Part shown: in pieces, positions 19,114 to 30,380 of the stretch
Layout of the letters: each line of letters starts with the position of its first letter
Position numbering within the stretch: position 1 is the stretch's first letter
Sequence record: OM386655.1
Source of the DNA: Escherichia phage vB_EcoM_ESCO10
Direction: 5' to 3' (one strand)
DNA length: 64,000 nucleotides
Program-made: the position numbers and the translations under genes
The notes under the pieces: generated by a model
The model's database searches: none
What the model saw: only the letters and a program-made list of their open reading frames with translations
Told to the model about the DNA's origin: nothing

Positions 19114-19601
19114 TTGTTAATAATCTCAATGATGTCATCACGTGACAGGGAGTTAATAAGAACAGTTTTAGGATTTTCACACTGGATTTTGTATGTTTCA
19201 AACATCACACACAATTCTTCAGAGGTATGGTAAGGACTTGAAATACCGAGGCGATTAGTTTTATCACCTAGTGGGTCGCAAATCAAATAGAAAGTGATGC
19301 CAGCGATTTTAACATTAGGTTGACTGATATTAATGAACACGTGGGCATCATATTTGGAAAGGTTATTCTGAAGGAATTCGACCATTGCATTAACAGCTTC
19401 AGGCATGGCCTCACGTTTCTCTTCAGTATAACGAGTAGAATATTCTTTTTGTTTAATTTTCTTTTTAGCATTACGAGCCATCGTAACACGAAGGTCGGTG
19501 AGGTAACCAACTGCACGAGAACCTTTGAAAACTTGGATACCGTCAGTTGAGTCACCATAAGCCTTAACAATCATTTCGTTAGTGATAAGTTGCATGTTCA
19601 T
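19101..19601 (-). CDS. hypothetical protein (166 aa); possibly Alc by position and size
   Basis: Occupies the slot between rnlA and the spanins where T4 has alc (167 aa); sequence not independently recognised. Confidence 0.4.
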   Translation of the reverse strand: MNMQLITNEMIVKAYGDSTDGIQVFKGSRAVGYLTDLRVTMARNAKKKIKQKEYSTRYTEEKREAMPEAVNAMVEFLQNNLSKYDAHVFINISQPNVKIAGITFYLICDPLGDKTNRLGISSPYHTSEELCVMFETYKIQCENPKTVLINSLSRDDIIEIINKCLN

Positions 19602-19629
19602 TTTGTTTTCTCCTCATTAGTTGATAGGC

Positions 19630-19660
19630 TTATACTAACACATCATGAGGAGATGTAAAC
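19630..19660 (-). promoter_or_regulatory. early promoter GTTTAC-N17-TAGTAT
   Basis: Upstream of ORF 19101..19601; -35 overlaps rnlA stop. Confidence 0.4.
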
Positions 19661-20808
19661 TACTCTATCACAATTTCTTTCAAATATTTTTCAGGGATTT
19701 GGGCCTTATGATTTTTCAAGAACACAGAGTTAATCTGGTCTACGACAGTGTCATAATTAATACCGCCTGCGTACGCCTGCATAAGAATAGAGAACAAGCC
19801 AGGGAAGTCTTTGAGGATTAACTGTCCGGTAACGGCATAGTCCTTACGGTCACGCCCCTTGAGCTGAGAATATGCCGCTTCTAACAAGGCTAAAGATTGT
19901 TCTAAGTAGTCTAAATGGATACGTTCAAACGCATTGATTTTCTCGATGGCAAATGAATCCGTACTGAACAAACCTCGGAGGTCATCAGTTCCACCAGCCA
20001 CTACAACTTCAAACAACCGTTCGTTATTGTTAATGGAATCCTTAGTATGATGCAGTGCGCTATACCAAGCAGTTTTGAGTTTAAAGAACGTGCCATCTTT
20101 AAGTACAAAGATAAAGCCTTCAATACCCTCTTGTTTACGGATATCGCCAACAAAATCGCCTTCAGAGAGTTCGTAGCTTTTAACCAAATGCTTACGCAGA
20201 GCGCCATCTTTAAACAGTTCAGCGTAAGGGATATACTCGCCTGTTTCGTTATTACGAACGTTCAGTAAGATAAGGTTTGTTTCTTGGTAAGCCAACACAA
20301 TACGGTTAGTAGGGGCGACGTACTCAAGGTTGCATGTATATCCTGCTTTAGTAATTTCTTCTAAACGGGCAGCGAAGGCCTCGTTTTCAGGGAGACGAAG
20401 GAAACGTAAAGAATCATGCACCATTGATGAATGGATAGAGCCTTTAGATTTAACAGAAAGATACTGCCGGTCCATGAAGGTAGAAATCAAGGAACCATCT
20501 TCCTTAGCCATAACCAAGTCAATATTTTCCGGCGATAAATCCAGACCAATGGTCATAGGGTTTTCATCTAGATTAAAGAACTTTTGCATAGGACGAGCCG
20601 CAATACGTACGGGACCACTCTCGTCCATTTCAAACATAATGCCTCGGCACTCTAGTGCGCCGTCTTCCAACCAATCACTGTACGATGCATAGTTATAACT
20701 AAAGATGCGATAGTTGACTCCTAGCGCACTCTGGAAGTCTTTAAAGAAGAACTTAGATTTAGTCGAGTTTTTAACCAGGGCCATTAAGTTATCATATAAT
20801 TCAATCAT
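19660..20808 (-). CDS. rnlA: RNA ligase 1
   Basis: 382 aa; strong similarity to recalled T4 gp63 (RIFSYNYASYSDWL ... ALECRGIMFEMD ... FVAPTNRIVLAYQE). Confidence 0.8.
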   Translation of the reverse strand: MIELYDNLMALVKNSTKSKFFFKDFQSALGVNYRIFSYNYASYSDWLEDGALECRGIMFEMDESGPVRIAARPMQKFFNLDENPMTIGLDLSPENIDLVMAKEDGSLISTFMDRQYLSVKSKGSIHSSMVHDSLRFLRLPENEAFAARLEEITKAGYTCNLEYVAPTNRIVLAYQETNLILLNVRNNETGEYIPYAELFKDGALRKHLVKSYELSEGDFVGDIRKQEGIEGFIFVLKDGTFFKLKTAWYSALHHTKDSINNNERLFEVVVAGGTDDLRGLFSTDSFAIEKINAFERIHLDYLEQSLALLEAAYSQLKGRDRKDYAVTGQLILKDFPGLFSILMQAYAGGINYDTVVDQINSVFLKNHKAQIPEKYLKEIVIE

Positions 20809-21218
20809 TGCTTTATCCTATGTTGGGTATTCCAAGGTGGATTAAATTTCTTTATGAACATTGGCTCTTCAAGAGACATGGTCTCAACTGACATAGTTCC
20901 AAGTTCGTTAGTCATTGACAGATTAAAGCACTGCCGTGCATAGAACTCTACCTTTTTACCTGCCATTAATGCTTCATGAATCAGAATGGACTTAGTCGAA
21001 TCTGACGTTTGGTCCTTACGATTAATAGCGGTTCGGTAGTAGTTGATGCGCTTACGAAGATTTTTAGTCTTCCCGACGTAGACTAGTATATCATCAACCG
21101 CTATAGCATATATGACATTTTGTTTATTTGGTACTGTGAGTGGAGCTATGGTGGCGTCATCTTGGAGTTCTAGGGTGACGTACTTGATAAAGCTAAATTC
21201 GTCTGCGATTTCTTTCAT
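20805..21218 (-). CDS. denA: endonuclease II (GIY-YIG family)
   Basis: Internal Met MKEIADEFSFIKY.. matches recalled T4 DenA (VIYAIA..YVGKTKNLRKRINYYR); the track N-terminal extension reads through the hairpin at 21227..21240. Confidence 0.8.
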   Translation of the reverse strand: MKEIADEFSFIKYVTLELQDDATIAPLTVPNKQNVIYAIAVDDILVYVGKTKNLRKRINYYRTAINRKDQTSDSTKSILIHEALMAGKKVEFYARQCFNLSMTNELGTMSVETMSLEEPMFIKKFNPPWNTQHRIKQ

Positions 21219-21226
21219 AGCAATAA

Positions 21227-21240
21227 GGGGCCGAAGCCCC
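21227..21240 (-). promoter_or_regulatory. UUCG-tetraloop hairpin GGGGC-uucg-GCCCC between nrdB and denA
   Basis: Perfect 5-bp GC stem in the 27-nt intergenic gap. Confidence 0.4.
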
Positions 21241-21245
21241 ATTCC

Positions 21246-22424
21246 TTAAAAATATTTCTTGTATGATGCCATTACTTTTTCATCGACATCATTATCAATT
21301 TGTGCTACTAAGTAAGAACTGATTTCCACTTCCTGAGGAGCTGCCTGTACTGCATCAGAGTTCAGGTATTCGCGAATCCAAGGGTAAGGATGTCGAGTAG
21401 GGGCATCAGTAATTGGACACGGTAATCCACACTGCTTCATACGCGAAACAGTCAAGTAATCGACAAAAGCACCCATGTTCTGGGTATTTAATCCTGGGCA
21501 GGTACCATCTTTGAATAGGTGAGCGGCCCATTCTTTTTCTTGTCGGTTAACTTCCATGAAAATATCAACTGCTTCTTGTTCACATTCTTGAGCAATTTTA
21601 ACCCATTCATCGCCATCTGTACCAAGTTGAAGTTGACGAATAATGTACTGAGTACCTTTAAGGTGGAGCTGCTCATCGCGTGCAATGAACTTCATAATCT
21701 TGGCATTACCTTCCATGATTTCCATGTTCTTATGGAAGTTAAAGGTGCATGCGAAAGATACGTAAAAACGAATAGCTTCCAAGGCGTTGATTACGTGCAG
21801 GCAGAGGTAAAGAGAACGCATTAGTTCACGTTTCCAATACATCTCATGCTCTATGGCATCTTCATTATCATCTTCGTCTGCGTTAATTTCTTTTTGGTAC
21901 TCAATATCAGCTTTAGCATTCTGCCAATATCTAGTTTTCTTTAAAACATCGTCATAATAACGACCAATAGATTCAGCACGTTTCATGATGGCGTCATCTA
22001 ACAGAATTTCATCAAATACCTTAGATGGGTCTGTATAGAGGTTACGCATGATATGGGTATACGAACGGGAGTGAATAGTTTCACTAAAGGTCCATGTTGC
22101 CACCCAAGTATCAAGGCTAGGGTCTGAAATCAAGGCCTGAAGTGCTGCAGAAGGAGCACGTCCCTGGATACTATCCAGAAGTGATTGATACTTCAGGTTA
22201 TTGGTAAAAATATTTTGCTGGAATTGTGGAAGCTTATTAAATTGAGCAGCATCCATCATCAAGTTAACTTCTTCTGGGCGCCAGAAAAAACTCAACTGCT
22301 TTTCACAAAGCTCTTCGAATACTTTATGACGTTGGATATCATAACGAGCAATACCCAATCCTGAACCAAAGAACATCGGTTCGACTAAAACATCAACTGG
22401 GGTGGTATTAAAAACTGTAGACAT
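21246..22424 (-). CDS. nrdB: ribonucleotide reductase small subunit, uninterrupted
   Basis: Strong similarity to recalled T4 NrdB starting at MSTVFNT; track start at 22454 adds 10 residues; no intron. Confidence 0.85.
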   Translation of the reverse strand: MSTVFNTTPVDVLVEPMFFGSGLGIARYDIQRHKVFEELCEKQLSFFWRPEEVNLMMDAAQFNKLPQFQQNIFTNNLKYQSLLDSIQGRAPSAALQALISDPSLDTWVATWTFSETIHSRSYTHIMRNLYTDPSKVFDEILLDDAIMKRAESIGRYYDDVLKKTRYWQNAKADIEYQKEINADEDDNEDAIEHEMYWKRELMRSLYLCLHVINALEAIRFYVSFACTFNFHKNMEIMEGNAKIMKFIARDEQLHLKGTQYIIRQLQLGTDGDEWVKIAQECEQEAVDIFMEVNRQEKEWAAHLFKDGTCPGLNTQNMGAFVDYLTVSRMKQCGLPCPITDAPTRHPYPWIREYLNSDAVQAAPQEVEISSYLVAQIDNDVDEKVMASYKKYF

Positions 22425-22461
22425 ATTATTCTCATTTGTTGGTGACTCATCCATGAGTCAA

Positions 22462-22487
22462 TTATAATCAGATTTTCTTAAAGCTTA
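22462..22487 (-). promoter_or_regulatory. possible middle promoter for nrdB (TATAAT with degenerate MotA box AGCTTTA)
   Basis: TATAAT about 35 nt upstream of nrdB ATG; MotA-box-like element 12 nt further upstream inside the nrdA 3' end. Confidence 0.3.
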
Positions 22488-24733
22488 CAAGCTGCACAAT
22501 CATCGGCTTTAGGAGTTTCGATTTCGTAATCGTCAGTACCAGAGCCATCACGGGTATTATGATAATAGAGATTTTTTCCGCCATAATACCAGAAGTACAT
22601 CAAGTCGTCAAGCATTACTGACATAGGAACTTTTCCTTTTGGAAAAATCTGTGGGTCGTAATATGTATTAGCTGACGCAGATTGGCATACCCATTTCAAC
22701 ATAATCGCTACCTGAGTCAGATAAGGTTTATTACCTTTCTTAGCCAGGGTCCAAGCGTAATCATACAATCCTTGGTTATGTTCTACATTAGGAACTACCT
22801 GACGGAAGTTACCTTCTTTAGATTCTTTAATACTTACTGGGCCGCGCGGAGGTTCGATACCGTTGGTAGAGTTTGAAACCTGGCTGCTTGACTCACATGG
22901 CATGAGTGCTGATAATGTGCTATTACGGATGCCATGTGCAGATAAGTCTTCCCGCAACTGCGACCAGTCACAAACGTATTTTGGAGCTGCGATTTGGTCA
23001 ATCTTTTTATTGTACCAGTCGATAGGAAGCTCGCCTCGAGACCATTTAGTGTCTGAATAATACTCGCAAGGTCCTTTTTCTTTGGCGAGCTTGATTGATG
23101 CTCGGATAAGGCCATACTGTAATCTCTCAAATAATTCATGGGTTAAATCATTAGCATCTTCATAAGAAGCAAAGTTGCTTGCCAACCAAGCGGCATAGTT
23201 CGTAACACCGACACCCAGGTTACGGCGCTTCTTAGCCTTCAGAGCTTCAGGAACAGGATAGCTTTGATAATCTAATAGGTTATCCAGCGCTCGCACTTGT
23301 ACTTCAGCGAGTTCGTTAATCTTGTCTTGGTCTTGCCACTCAAAGTTATCCAATACGAATGCAGACAGAGTACATAACCCAATTTCAGCTTCAGGGCTAT
23401 TTACGTCATTAGTCGGGATCGCAATTTCACAACACAAGTTGCTCTGACGGATAGGAGCACGTTCACGAATAAATGGGGTGAAGTTGTTAGTGTTATCTAC
23501 GAACTGAGGATAAATTCGAGCTGTGCCTGAACGTTCAGTCATGAACAATTCGAAGAGGTCGCGTGCTTTAATACGTTTCTTACGAATACTAGGGTCTTTT
23601 TCAGCCGCTTCATACAATTCGCGGAAACGGTCTTGGTCTTCAAAATAAGAATAATAAAGCTCACCACTCATTTCGTGAGGACTAAACAGTGTGATGTAAT
23701 CATTTTTACCGAAACGTTCCATCATAAGGTCGTTCAACTGGATTCCGTAGTCCATATGACGAATACGGTTCTCATCAACGCCTTTGTTGTTTTTCAGAAC
23801 GAGCAGATTTTCAACTTCCAAATGCCAAATAGGATAATAAGCAGTAGCAGCGCCGCCACGGATTCCACCTTGTGAACATGATTTAACTGCAGTCTGGAAA
23901 TGCTTCCAGAATGGAATAACACCGGTATGTTTGACTTCACCCATACCAATACGAGAACCTTCAGCACGAATCATACCAACGTTGATACCAATACCTGCAC
24001 GTTTAGAAATATATTCGATTATTGAGTTAGCAGTTTTATTAATTGATTTCAGCGAGTCACCGGCTTCAATAACAACGCAAGAACTAAACTGTCGGGTCGG
24101 AGTACGAGCACCTGCCATAATAGGAGTAGGCAATGAAATCTGACGGGTGCTAACAGCATCATAAAAACGAATAATATGCGCTAAACGATTACCCGGTTCT
24201 TCTTGGTGAAGAGCCATACCAATACACATGATAGCGAACTGAGGAGTTTCGTAGATTTTACCTGTGGTCTTATCTTTAACCAAGTATTTCTCTTTCAGCT
24301 GCATCGCTCCAGCATAGGTCAATTCGAAATCACGCTCATGCTTAATATGCGATTCTAAAAAAGTAATCTCTTCTGCAGAATATCGAGACAACAATTCAGG
24401 GTCATATTTGCCTTCGTTAACACAGTAGGAAATATGGTCAATAAAACTACGAGGTTCAAACTGACCGTAAACTTCTTTACGCAGAGCAAACATCAATTCC
24501 TTTGCAGCTACATACTGGTAATCAGGTTCTTCAACCGAAATAAGGTTGGCTGCAACTTTAACAGTCAGATTCTGTATATCTTTGGTGGTCATACCATCAC
24601 GAAGATGTAGTTTAATTTCTTCGTATAATTCGTAGGGATCGATTTGGGTTCCTTCACAACCCCAAGTCAAAACTTTAATAATTTTTTGTGAGTCAAAATC
24701 TTGGGATACACCACTACTCTTTTGTACTTGCAT
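22478..24733 (-). CDS. nrdA: ribonucleotide reductase large subunit
   Basis: 751 aa; N-terminal ATP-cone region and class I RNR active-site segments; T4 NrdA is 754 aa. Confidence 0.85.
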   Translation of the reverse strand: MQVQKSSGVSQDFDSQKIIKVLTWGCEGTQIDPYELYEEIKLHLRDGMTTKDIQNLTVKVAANLISVEEPDYQYVAAKELMFALRKEVYGQFEPRSFIDHISYCVNEGKYDPELLSRYSAEEITFLESHIKHERDFELTYAGAMQLKEKYLVKDKTTGKIYETPQFAIMCIGMALHQEEPGNRLAHIIRFYDAVSTRQISLPTPIMAGARTPTRQFSSCVVIEAGDSLKSINKTANSIIEYISKRAGIGINVGMIRAEGSRIGMGEVKHTGVIPFWKHFQTAVKSCSQGGIRGGAATAYYPIWHLEVENLLVLKNNKGVDENRIRHMDYGIQLNDLMMERFGKNDYITLFSPHEMSGELYYSYFEDQDRFRELYEAAEKDPSIRKKRIKARDLFELFMTERSGTARIYPQFVDNTNNFTPFIRERAPIRQSNLCCEIAIPTNDVNSPEAEIGLCTLSAFVLDNFEWQDQDKINELAEVQVRALDNLLDYQSYPVPEALKAKKRRNLGVGVTNYAAWLASNFASYEDANDLTHELFERLQYGLIRASIKLAKEKGPCEYYSDTKWSRGELPIDWYNKKIDQIAAPKYVCDWSQLREDLSAHGIRNSTLSALMPCESSSQVSNSTNGIEPPRGPVSIKESKEGNFRQVVPNVEHNQGLYDYAWTLAKKGNKPYLTQVAIMLKWVCQSASANTYYDPQIFPKGKVPMSVMLDDLMYFWYYGGKNLYYHNTRDGSGTDDYEIETPKADDCAACKL

Positions 24734-24751
24734 AATTTCCTCAATATGTTA

Positions 24752-24792
24752 GGTTCTATATCTATAATAACATAGAACCTGTTAAGCATGGA
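24752..24792 (-). promoter_or_regulatory. MotA-dependent middle promoter for nrdA, -10 inside 8-bp inverted repeat
   Basis: minus strand caTGCTTAAc - 12 nt - TATTAT; GGTTCTAT ... ATAGAACC flanks the -10. Confidence 0.45.
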
Positions 24793-25154
24793 CTGATATT
24801 TATAGGTCTTCTAATGAGAACGTATCTTTGAAAAGTTTGTTAACAACCAAGGCTATCACATCACCGTGGCAATCCTTAGGTTTGCAGGTACATGCTATTC
24901 GCATACCTCTAAGGGTTTCGAGGTGTTCTCTTTTAATTTCACCTGATTTTATTTTAGCAATAAAGTATTCTTTAAAATTTCTGATGTTTTCCTCGCGGGT
25001 ACCATCTTTAAATGGATTACCCCACATGGTTCCACGCTGGATGTTGACATCAAAATCTTCTTTATACTTGTTAACAACTCTACAGACTCTCATTATAGCA
25101 CCAAATTCAGTCCAACCATAATAATCAAAAATAAGATACCTACGATTTGAATTT

Positions 25155-26832
<1,678 letters not shown>

Positions 26833-26841
26833 TATATTTCC

Positions 26842-27084
26842 TCAAACAGACTTTTTCACAATTTTCCAATCGGCTTTGAACTGGTCAACATCAGAGTGGT
26901 GAATCCAGAAACCAGATGAGCTACCATCTTCATAAAGAGGACAACCATCACACTCATCTTTCCAACCCATTGCACACAAAGTTTCTTCTGCTTTTTCCAG
27001 AGCTTCTGGATTATTACCTTGGATTGTGAAGTACCATTTGCCTTTAACTTCTGAATCTTTGATTGATTCACGTTTTAATTTCAT
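26842..27084 (-). CDS. hypothetical protein (80 aa)
   Basis: Track ORF; RBS GAGGAG upstream; promoter at 27107..27140. Confidence 0.5.
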   Translation of the reverse strand: MKLKRESIKDSEVKGKWYFTIQGNNPEALEKAEETLCAMGWKDECDGCPLYEDGSSSGFWIHHSDVDQFKADWKIVKKSV

Positions 27085-27106
27085 TTTATTCTCCTCAAGT
27101 TGATAA

Positions 27107-27140
27107 GGCTATAGTATCACTACCATAGCCTGTTGTAAAC
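27107..27140 (-). promoter_or_regulatory. early promoter GTTTAC-N18-TACTAT, -10 inside inverted repeat
   Basis: AGGCTAT ... ATAGCCT flanks the -10; upstream of ORF 26842..27084. Confidence 0.45.
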
Positions 27141-27142
27141 AT

Positions 27143-27370
27143 TTATTTTTGAATTAAGCCCATATAAAATTCAGCATCTTCAGCATGCATACCATCACAA
27201 TACTCGTCAGCCATAAAACGAGTCAGGTCTTCAAGAGGACCTTGGATTTCAATTTGGATACTAAAGAATTGAGTATCTTTGATGTAAGCCATACTCAAAG
27301 AAGGATAACGATTACGGATAACTTCGTAAGTGTATTCAAAATCGACGATATCAATATTAACTTTAGCCAT
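27143..27370 (-). CDS. hypothetical protein (75 aa)
   Basis: Track ORF 27143..27460 trimmed to MAKVNIDIV.. with RBS GAGGAAAA; the N-terminal 30 residues of the track ORF are translation of the promoter. Confidence 0.5.
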   Translation of the reverse strand: MAKVNIDIVDFEYTYEVIRNRYPSLSMAYIKDTQFFSIQIEIQGPLEDLTRFMADEYCDGMHAEDAEFYMGLIQK

Positions 27371-27398
27371 TTTATTTTCCTCATGTTTTGATATGTCT

Positions 27399-27427
27399 AT
27401 AGTATCATGTTTAAAGGGGTTGTAAAC
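27399..27427 (-). promoter_or_regulatory. early promoter GTTTAC-N17-TACTAT
   Basis: Upstream of ORF 27143..27370. Confidence 0.5.
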
Positions 27428-27431
27428 TACT

Positions 27432-27701
27432 TTATGAAATTTTATCAAGCCATTTGCCAAGTTTAATCATTTCTTTGGTGGCCTTTTCCATACTTCTGAA
27501 CTTAACTAATAAAGGATAAGTATCTACACCCATAACTAAAGTGGTTACAAGACTATGCTCACCTACAAGCCATAGAGAATACGTTTGAATATCAAGTCCG
27601 TAATTTCGGTCTTTATGGACACGTACACCCATCACTTCAAACTGTTCGCTGGCTTTTTCTACTGCATCCAGGAAATCATCTTTAGTCATATTAAATTCCA
27701 A
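27432..27701 (-). CDS. hypothetical protein (89 aa)
   Basis: Track ORF. Confidence 0.45.
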   Translation of the reverse strand: MEFNMTKDDFLDAVEKASEQFEVMGVRVHKDRNYGLDIQTYSLWLVGEHSLVTTLVMGVDTYPLLVKFRSMEKATKEMIKLGKWLDKIS

Positions 27702-28056
27702 AGGTAGCTTTAATCAGGGCAATGACTTCAGCAGCATTTTTGTGATTAACCTGCACATGAATGGTTTGGGTGTCAACAACAGGAGCATCTTCATCAACTT
27801 CTAGGAAGTGTCGGAATTCACCTTCAGCGAGTTCAAAGTACTCATCAGCATCATCCATACTATCCAAGATGGTACCATCTTTCATTTCAACTTTTTCGAC
27901 AAAATAATTGCCATCAATAAAGCACATATCCAGGACTTTGAAGGAACTGCCATGCTGTTCCATCAGCTTGACCATGCGCGAATTATCATCCGGACAGTCG
28001 GCGATGAAACGTTTTTTAGCAGCAGGGTCTAATACGTAAGTTTTACCAGTTTCCAT
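27691..28056 (-). CDS. hypothetical protein (121 aa)
   Basis: Track ORF; RBS GAGGAAAT upstream; promoter at 28085..28113. Confidence 0.5.
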   Translation of the reverse strand: METGKTYVLDPAAKKRFIADCPDDNSRMVKLMEQHGSSFKVLDMCFIDGNYFVEKVEMKDGTILDSMDDADEYFELAEGEFRHFLEVDEDAPVVDTQTIHVQVNHKNAAEVIALIKATFGI

Positions 28057-28084
28057 TTTTATTTCCTCATGTTTTGATATGTCT

Positions 28085-28113
28085 ATAGTATCATGTTCCT
28101 AGAGGATGTAAAC
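28085..28113 (-). promoter_or_regulatory. early promoter GTTTAC-N17-TACTAT
   Basis: Upstream of ORF 27691..28056. Confidence 0.5.
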
Positions 28114-28165
28114 CATTAAATGCCAAAAAGGGAAGACCGAAGTCTTCCCATTATAAATCAATAAC

Positions 28166-29077
28166 TTATAGACCAGCTAACAGGTCGTCCAGACCATCGT
28201 CATCAGAAGGACTTACTGACGGCTCAGGAGTAGTGGAACGAGTTGGTGTAGATGGTTTGGAGTCATATGCATCAAGGTCTGCACTGAATGCGTCCAGGTC
28301 ATCACCAATCTTATCAGCGGCTGCAGAAGCTTTAGCGGCAGCACCACCAAGAGCAGCTGTACCAACAACTTTCTTAAACTTGGCTTCGTTAGTTTCAAAG
28401 GATTTGAATTCGAGCAGTTTAGAAAGGTCGTGCATTTCTTCCATCAATTTAGCTTGATAAGCTTCGTCATTGATGTTAGGAATTTCGGACTGGTTCATGA
28501 ACTTGGAATCGTCATAGTTCTTGAAGTCGCCAACTTTCTTAGATTTCAGTACGAAGTTCGCACCATCAAACGGACAAGTGGCATCAATTGGTGTTTCACC
28601 AATATCAGTGTCAACTTCAACCATCTGGTTGATTTTATCCATGATTTTCTGACCGAAACGGAATTTAAACACTTTACCTTCATTAGCAGGCACTGCACTA
28701 TCCTTAATAACAAGGATGTTAGCCCAGAAGGAAGTTTTACGTTTCATCAGTTTGTATTCAGCGTTATTAGTATTAAAGCTGTCGTTCTGGTTCATGTATT
28801 TACATACAGGACATGAATCGAAATCACCGTGAGTAGACGTACAGTTCTCAATGTACCATTGACCATTTTTCTTGAAGCCGTGGTTAACGAGCTTAACGAA
28901 TGGAGATGGGTTTTCTTCGTTTTTCGAAGGAAGGAAACGAATTACCGCAGTACCAACGCCGTTGTCATCTTTCAATTTCCATTCAGCTTTATCGTCGGAA
29001 GAGAAAGAAGAGCCACCTTTCATAGCGGACAGTTGAGCAGCCAGTTGGGCAGGGTCTTTACGTTTAAACATTGACAT
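28166..29077 (-). CDS. 32: single-stranded DNA-binding protein gp32
   Basis: Strong similarity to recalled T4 gp32 from MFKRK onward (Zn-binding CPVCKY, acidic C-terminus); two in-frame ATGs at 29077 and 29071; track start 29119 lies in the untranslated leader. Confidence 0.85.
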   Translation of the reverse strand: MSMFKRKDPAQLAAQLSAMKGGSSFSSDDKAEWKLKDDNGVGTAVIRFLPSKNEENPSPFVKLVNHGFKKNGQWYIENCTSTHGDFDSCPVCKYMNQNDSFNTNNAEYKLMKRKTSFWANILVIKDSAVPANEGKVFKFRFGQKIMDKINQMVEVDTDIGETPIDATCPFDGANFVLKSKKVGDFKNYDDSKFMNQSEIPNINDEAYQAKLMEEMHDLSKLLEFKSFETNEAKFKKVVGTAALGGAAAKASAAADKIGDDLDAFSADLDAYDSKPSTPTRSTTPEPSVSPSDDDGLDDLLAGL

Positions 29078-29135
29078 ATTATTTACCTTAGCAGATTTTA
29101 GCAGTTGTATTTTATACACAGTTTTTAACAGATTG
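29078..29135 (-). promoter_or_regulatory. gene 32 mRNA leader (candidate autoregulatory translational operator)
   Basis: AU-rich unstructured leader with repeated CTGCTAA(A) elements upstream of SD AAGG; T4 gp32 represses its own translation via its leader. Confidence 0.4.
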
Positions 29136-29139
29136 AGTT

Positions 29140-29171
29140 AGTATATTAACACATTTAATATGAAGCATTAA
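29140..29171 (-). promoter_or_regulatory. MotA-dependent middle promoter for gene 32
   Basis: minus strand taaTGCTTCAt - 12 nt - TAATAT; overlaps gp59 stop. Confidence 0.45.
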
Positions 29172-29821
29172 AACTTACAGGATTTGATAGTTTCAATGAA
29201 CAATTTACGAGCTTCTAAATTATCGATTATAAGAATTTTCTTATAAGCATTTAATTTAGTTGAATACTTAGACCAAACCAGGTCGTTGGTCTGTTCATCA
29301 TGTTTATTTATTATGTCCATAAATGAATCAAGCAAAATAAACGTTTCGAACGAAATAACATTCGATTGAAGGAGCTTAAAAATATAGCTCGAGTTAACTT
29401 TTTTATTATAATCAAAAATTTCAGAAAGCGCTTGAACTTCCACTTTCTTACTGAAATAATAGATGTTTTTGATATCATCCTCAAAAACTTGTTTTATTCT
29501 TTTAAGCCTACCGATATATTCTCGGTAAAAGACTAAGGCGTCAGCATCACTGATGTCACCAATCCATGCGTCTTGGTTAGCCACCAAGTTACTCATGAAG
29601 ATAAGAGCAAGCTCTTTCAAAGTGTATTTATCACTCAATTTCTCAAAGAAATATTTGTCACGACGTTTTTGGTAAGCCGTATCAGAGATTCGCATGACCC
29701 AGTTATATTTTATAACGTCGTATTTGGCATTGAAGTGATGTTTGAGCATTAAGTATAATGAATATACGCTCTTACCATTCACCATACGATTATTGTTTGG
29801 TGGCATGCGAATCTTAATCAT
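29168..29821 (-). CDS. 59: helicase loader gp59
   Basis: 217 aa; strong similarity to recalled T4 gp59 (GKSVY.LYLM.K ... YDVIKYNW.MR.SD.AYQKRRDKYFF). Confidence 0.85.
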   Translation of the reverse strand: MIKIRMPPNNNRMVNGKSVYSLYLMLKHHFNAKYDVIKYNWVMRISDTAYQKRRDKYFFEKLSDKYTLKELALIFMSNLVANQDAWIGDISDADALVFYREYIGRLKRIKQVFEDDIKNIYYFSKKVEVQALSEIFDYNKKVNSSYIFKLLQSNVISFETFILLDSFMDIINKHDEQTNDLVWSKYSTKLNAYKKILIIDNLEARKLFIETIKSCKF

Positions 29822-30120
29822 AACAAGAAATCCAGGGTATTAGTTTTTTGCGTTCGGGCCATTGAAGGACGAAGCAAGTTATCATCAATGGCTTCGTTCA
29901 TAATTTTATCAATAATTCCTGCAGGCAAATATCGAGCAAAGTTACCTTCAGGGATGCTGTTCTCTTCCAACCATGCAGTAGCCGCTTCGAGATAGCTACA
30001 TCCTTCAGCCTCAACAAAGGCCTCAATATCGAGACCATTTTGTTGCTTGTTCACCAATACATGGACTGGTTCGGAAGCGGTATTAACCGCTCCATCAAAA
30101 TCATTCAAAGATTGTGTCAT
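29818..30120 (-). CDS. 33: late-transcription co-activator gp33
   Basis: 100 aa; C-terminus ..NLLRPS...TLDFLL resembles T4 gp33; position between 59 and dsbA. Confidence 0.65.
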   Translation of the reverse strand: MTQSLNDFDGAVNTASEPVHVLVNKQQNGLDIEAFVEAEGCSYLEAATAWLEENSIPEGNFARYLPAGIIDKIMNEAIDDNLLRPSMARTQKTNTLDFLL

Positions 30121-30370
30121 ACAGTTCTACCACTTCAGTTTTCTCATCTTCGAAACGTTCACGAGTACCTTTATGATACAGGGAGAACAGTTGATTAAAC
30201 ATTTTACCGTCGACACCAAGTTCGGTCTTAGCACGGTCTTTGATATCTTTAATTTCGTCACCGTATGCTTCCATTTTTAATTTAGTATCGGAAGCAGTTT
30301 TAATCAACTGGGCCAGGGTATTACCATGTTCTTCTTGATTGAATTCAACTTTCACTTTTTCTTTAGCCAT
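30101..30370 (-). CDS. dsbA: dsDNA-binding protein DsbA (89 aa)
   Basis: Track ORF starts with GTG; ATG at 30370 (MAKEKVKVEF..) gives 89 aa equal to T4 DsbA; SD GGTGA upstream; position between rnh and 33. Confidence 0.6.
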   Translation of the reverse strand: MAKEKVKVEFNQEEHGNTLAQLIKTASDTKLKMEAYGDEIKDIKDRAKTELGVDGKMFNQLFSLYHKGTRERFEDEKTEVVELYDTIFE

Positions 30371-30380
30371 TATATTCACC

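Noticed and set aside
27370-27460. N-terminal extensions of track ORFs (for example 27143..27460, 43844..44572, 48017..48322, 20805..21242, 7840..9402)
   Set aside because: The extended parts translate conserved promoter or hairpin sequence and put the start upstream of the mapped -10 element; internal Mets with an RBS match T4 homolog N-termini.
28213-29074. ORFs on both strands overlapping gene 32 (28213..28398, 28233..28457, 28430..28816, 28829..29074)
   Set aside because: Lie within or antisense to gene 32, which is strongly supported by similarity; compositions are low-complexity.
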